Positions 1 through 30,712 of a stretch of DNA of 30,712 bases are shown in pieces (position 1 is the first letter of the stretch; each line of letters starts with the position of its first letter). Below the pieces are notes generated by a model. The model did no database searches and had not been told where the DNA came from. It worked only from the letters and a program-made list of their open reading frames with translations. The position numbers were made by a program, and so were the translations under genes. Origin of the DNA: Macrostomum lignano (Eukaryota); contig NIVC01000072.1 of assembly GCA_002269645.1 (NCBI GenBank), forward strand, positions 1-30,712. Direction: 5' to 3'.

Positions 1-65
1 ATTGTGATTGCCTTTGTGAAATTTTAACAAACAGTTTTGCTAATAAATTTCAACAATTATTGCAG

Positions 66-30712
<30,647 letters not shown>

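Overview
This is eukaryotic (metazoan) genomic DNA. The whole window is the 5' to middle part of one giant + strand plakin/spectraplakin-family gene (plectin/dystonin/MACF1/Shot/VAB-10 type), which is incomplete at both window ends. I reconstructed 12 exons from GT-AG sites, reading phase and recalled similarity to plectin. They encode, in order: CH1-CH2 actin-binding domain, plakin domain (spectrin repeats plus a degenerate SH3), scattered plectin-repeat modules, and very large low-complexity spacer exons, more than about 7,200 codons in total. The spacers include a ~9.1-kb exon holding a ~6.5-kb in-frame 33-bp minisatellite, (GSEQQPTTGLA)n. Introns carry a 15-bp array, two different 23-bp arrays and a ~360-bp (CT)n tract. 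The best lead is an unannotated exon-like segment at 1867-2193, in the intron between CH1 and CH2. It has a strong acceptor and a phase-0 GTAAGT donor, and its first ATG encodes MGANGCRACC, a myristoylation/palmitoylation-like start. It could give a CH1-less, membrane-anchored isoform like BPAG1a3/MACF1a3. Apparent 1-bp frameshifts at ~447 and across 29.2-30.7 kb look like long-read consensus errors. A Macrostomum-like flatworm origin is only my guess from composition. No database search or computation was run; exon boundaries were read by eye.
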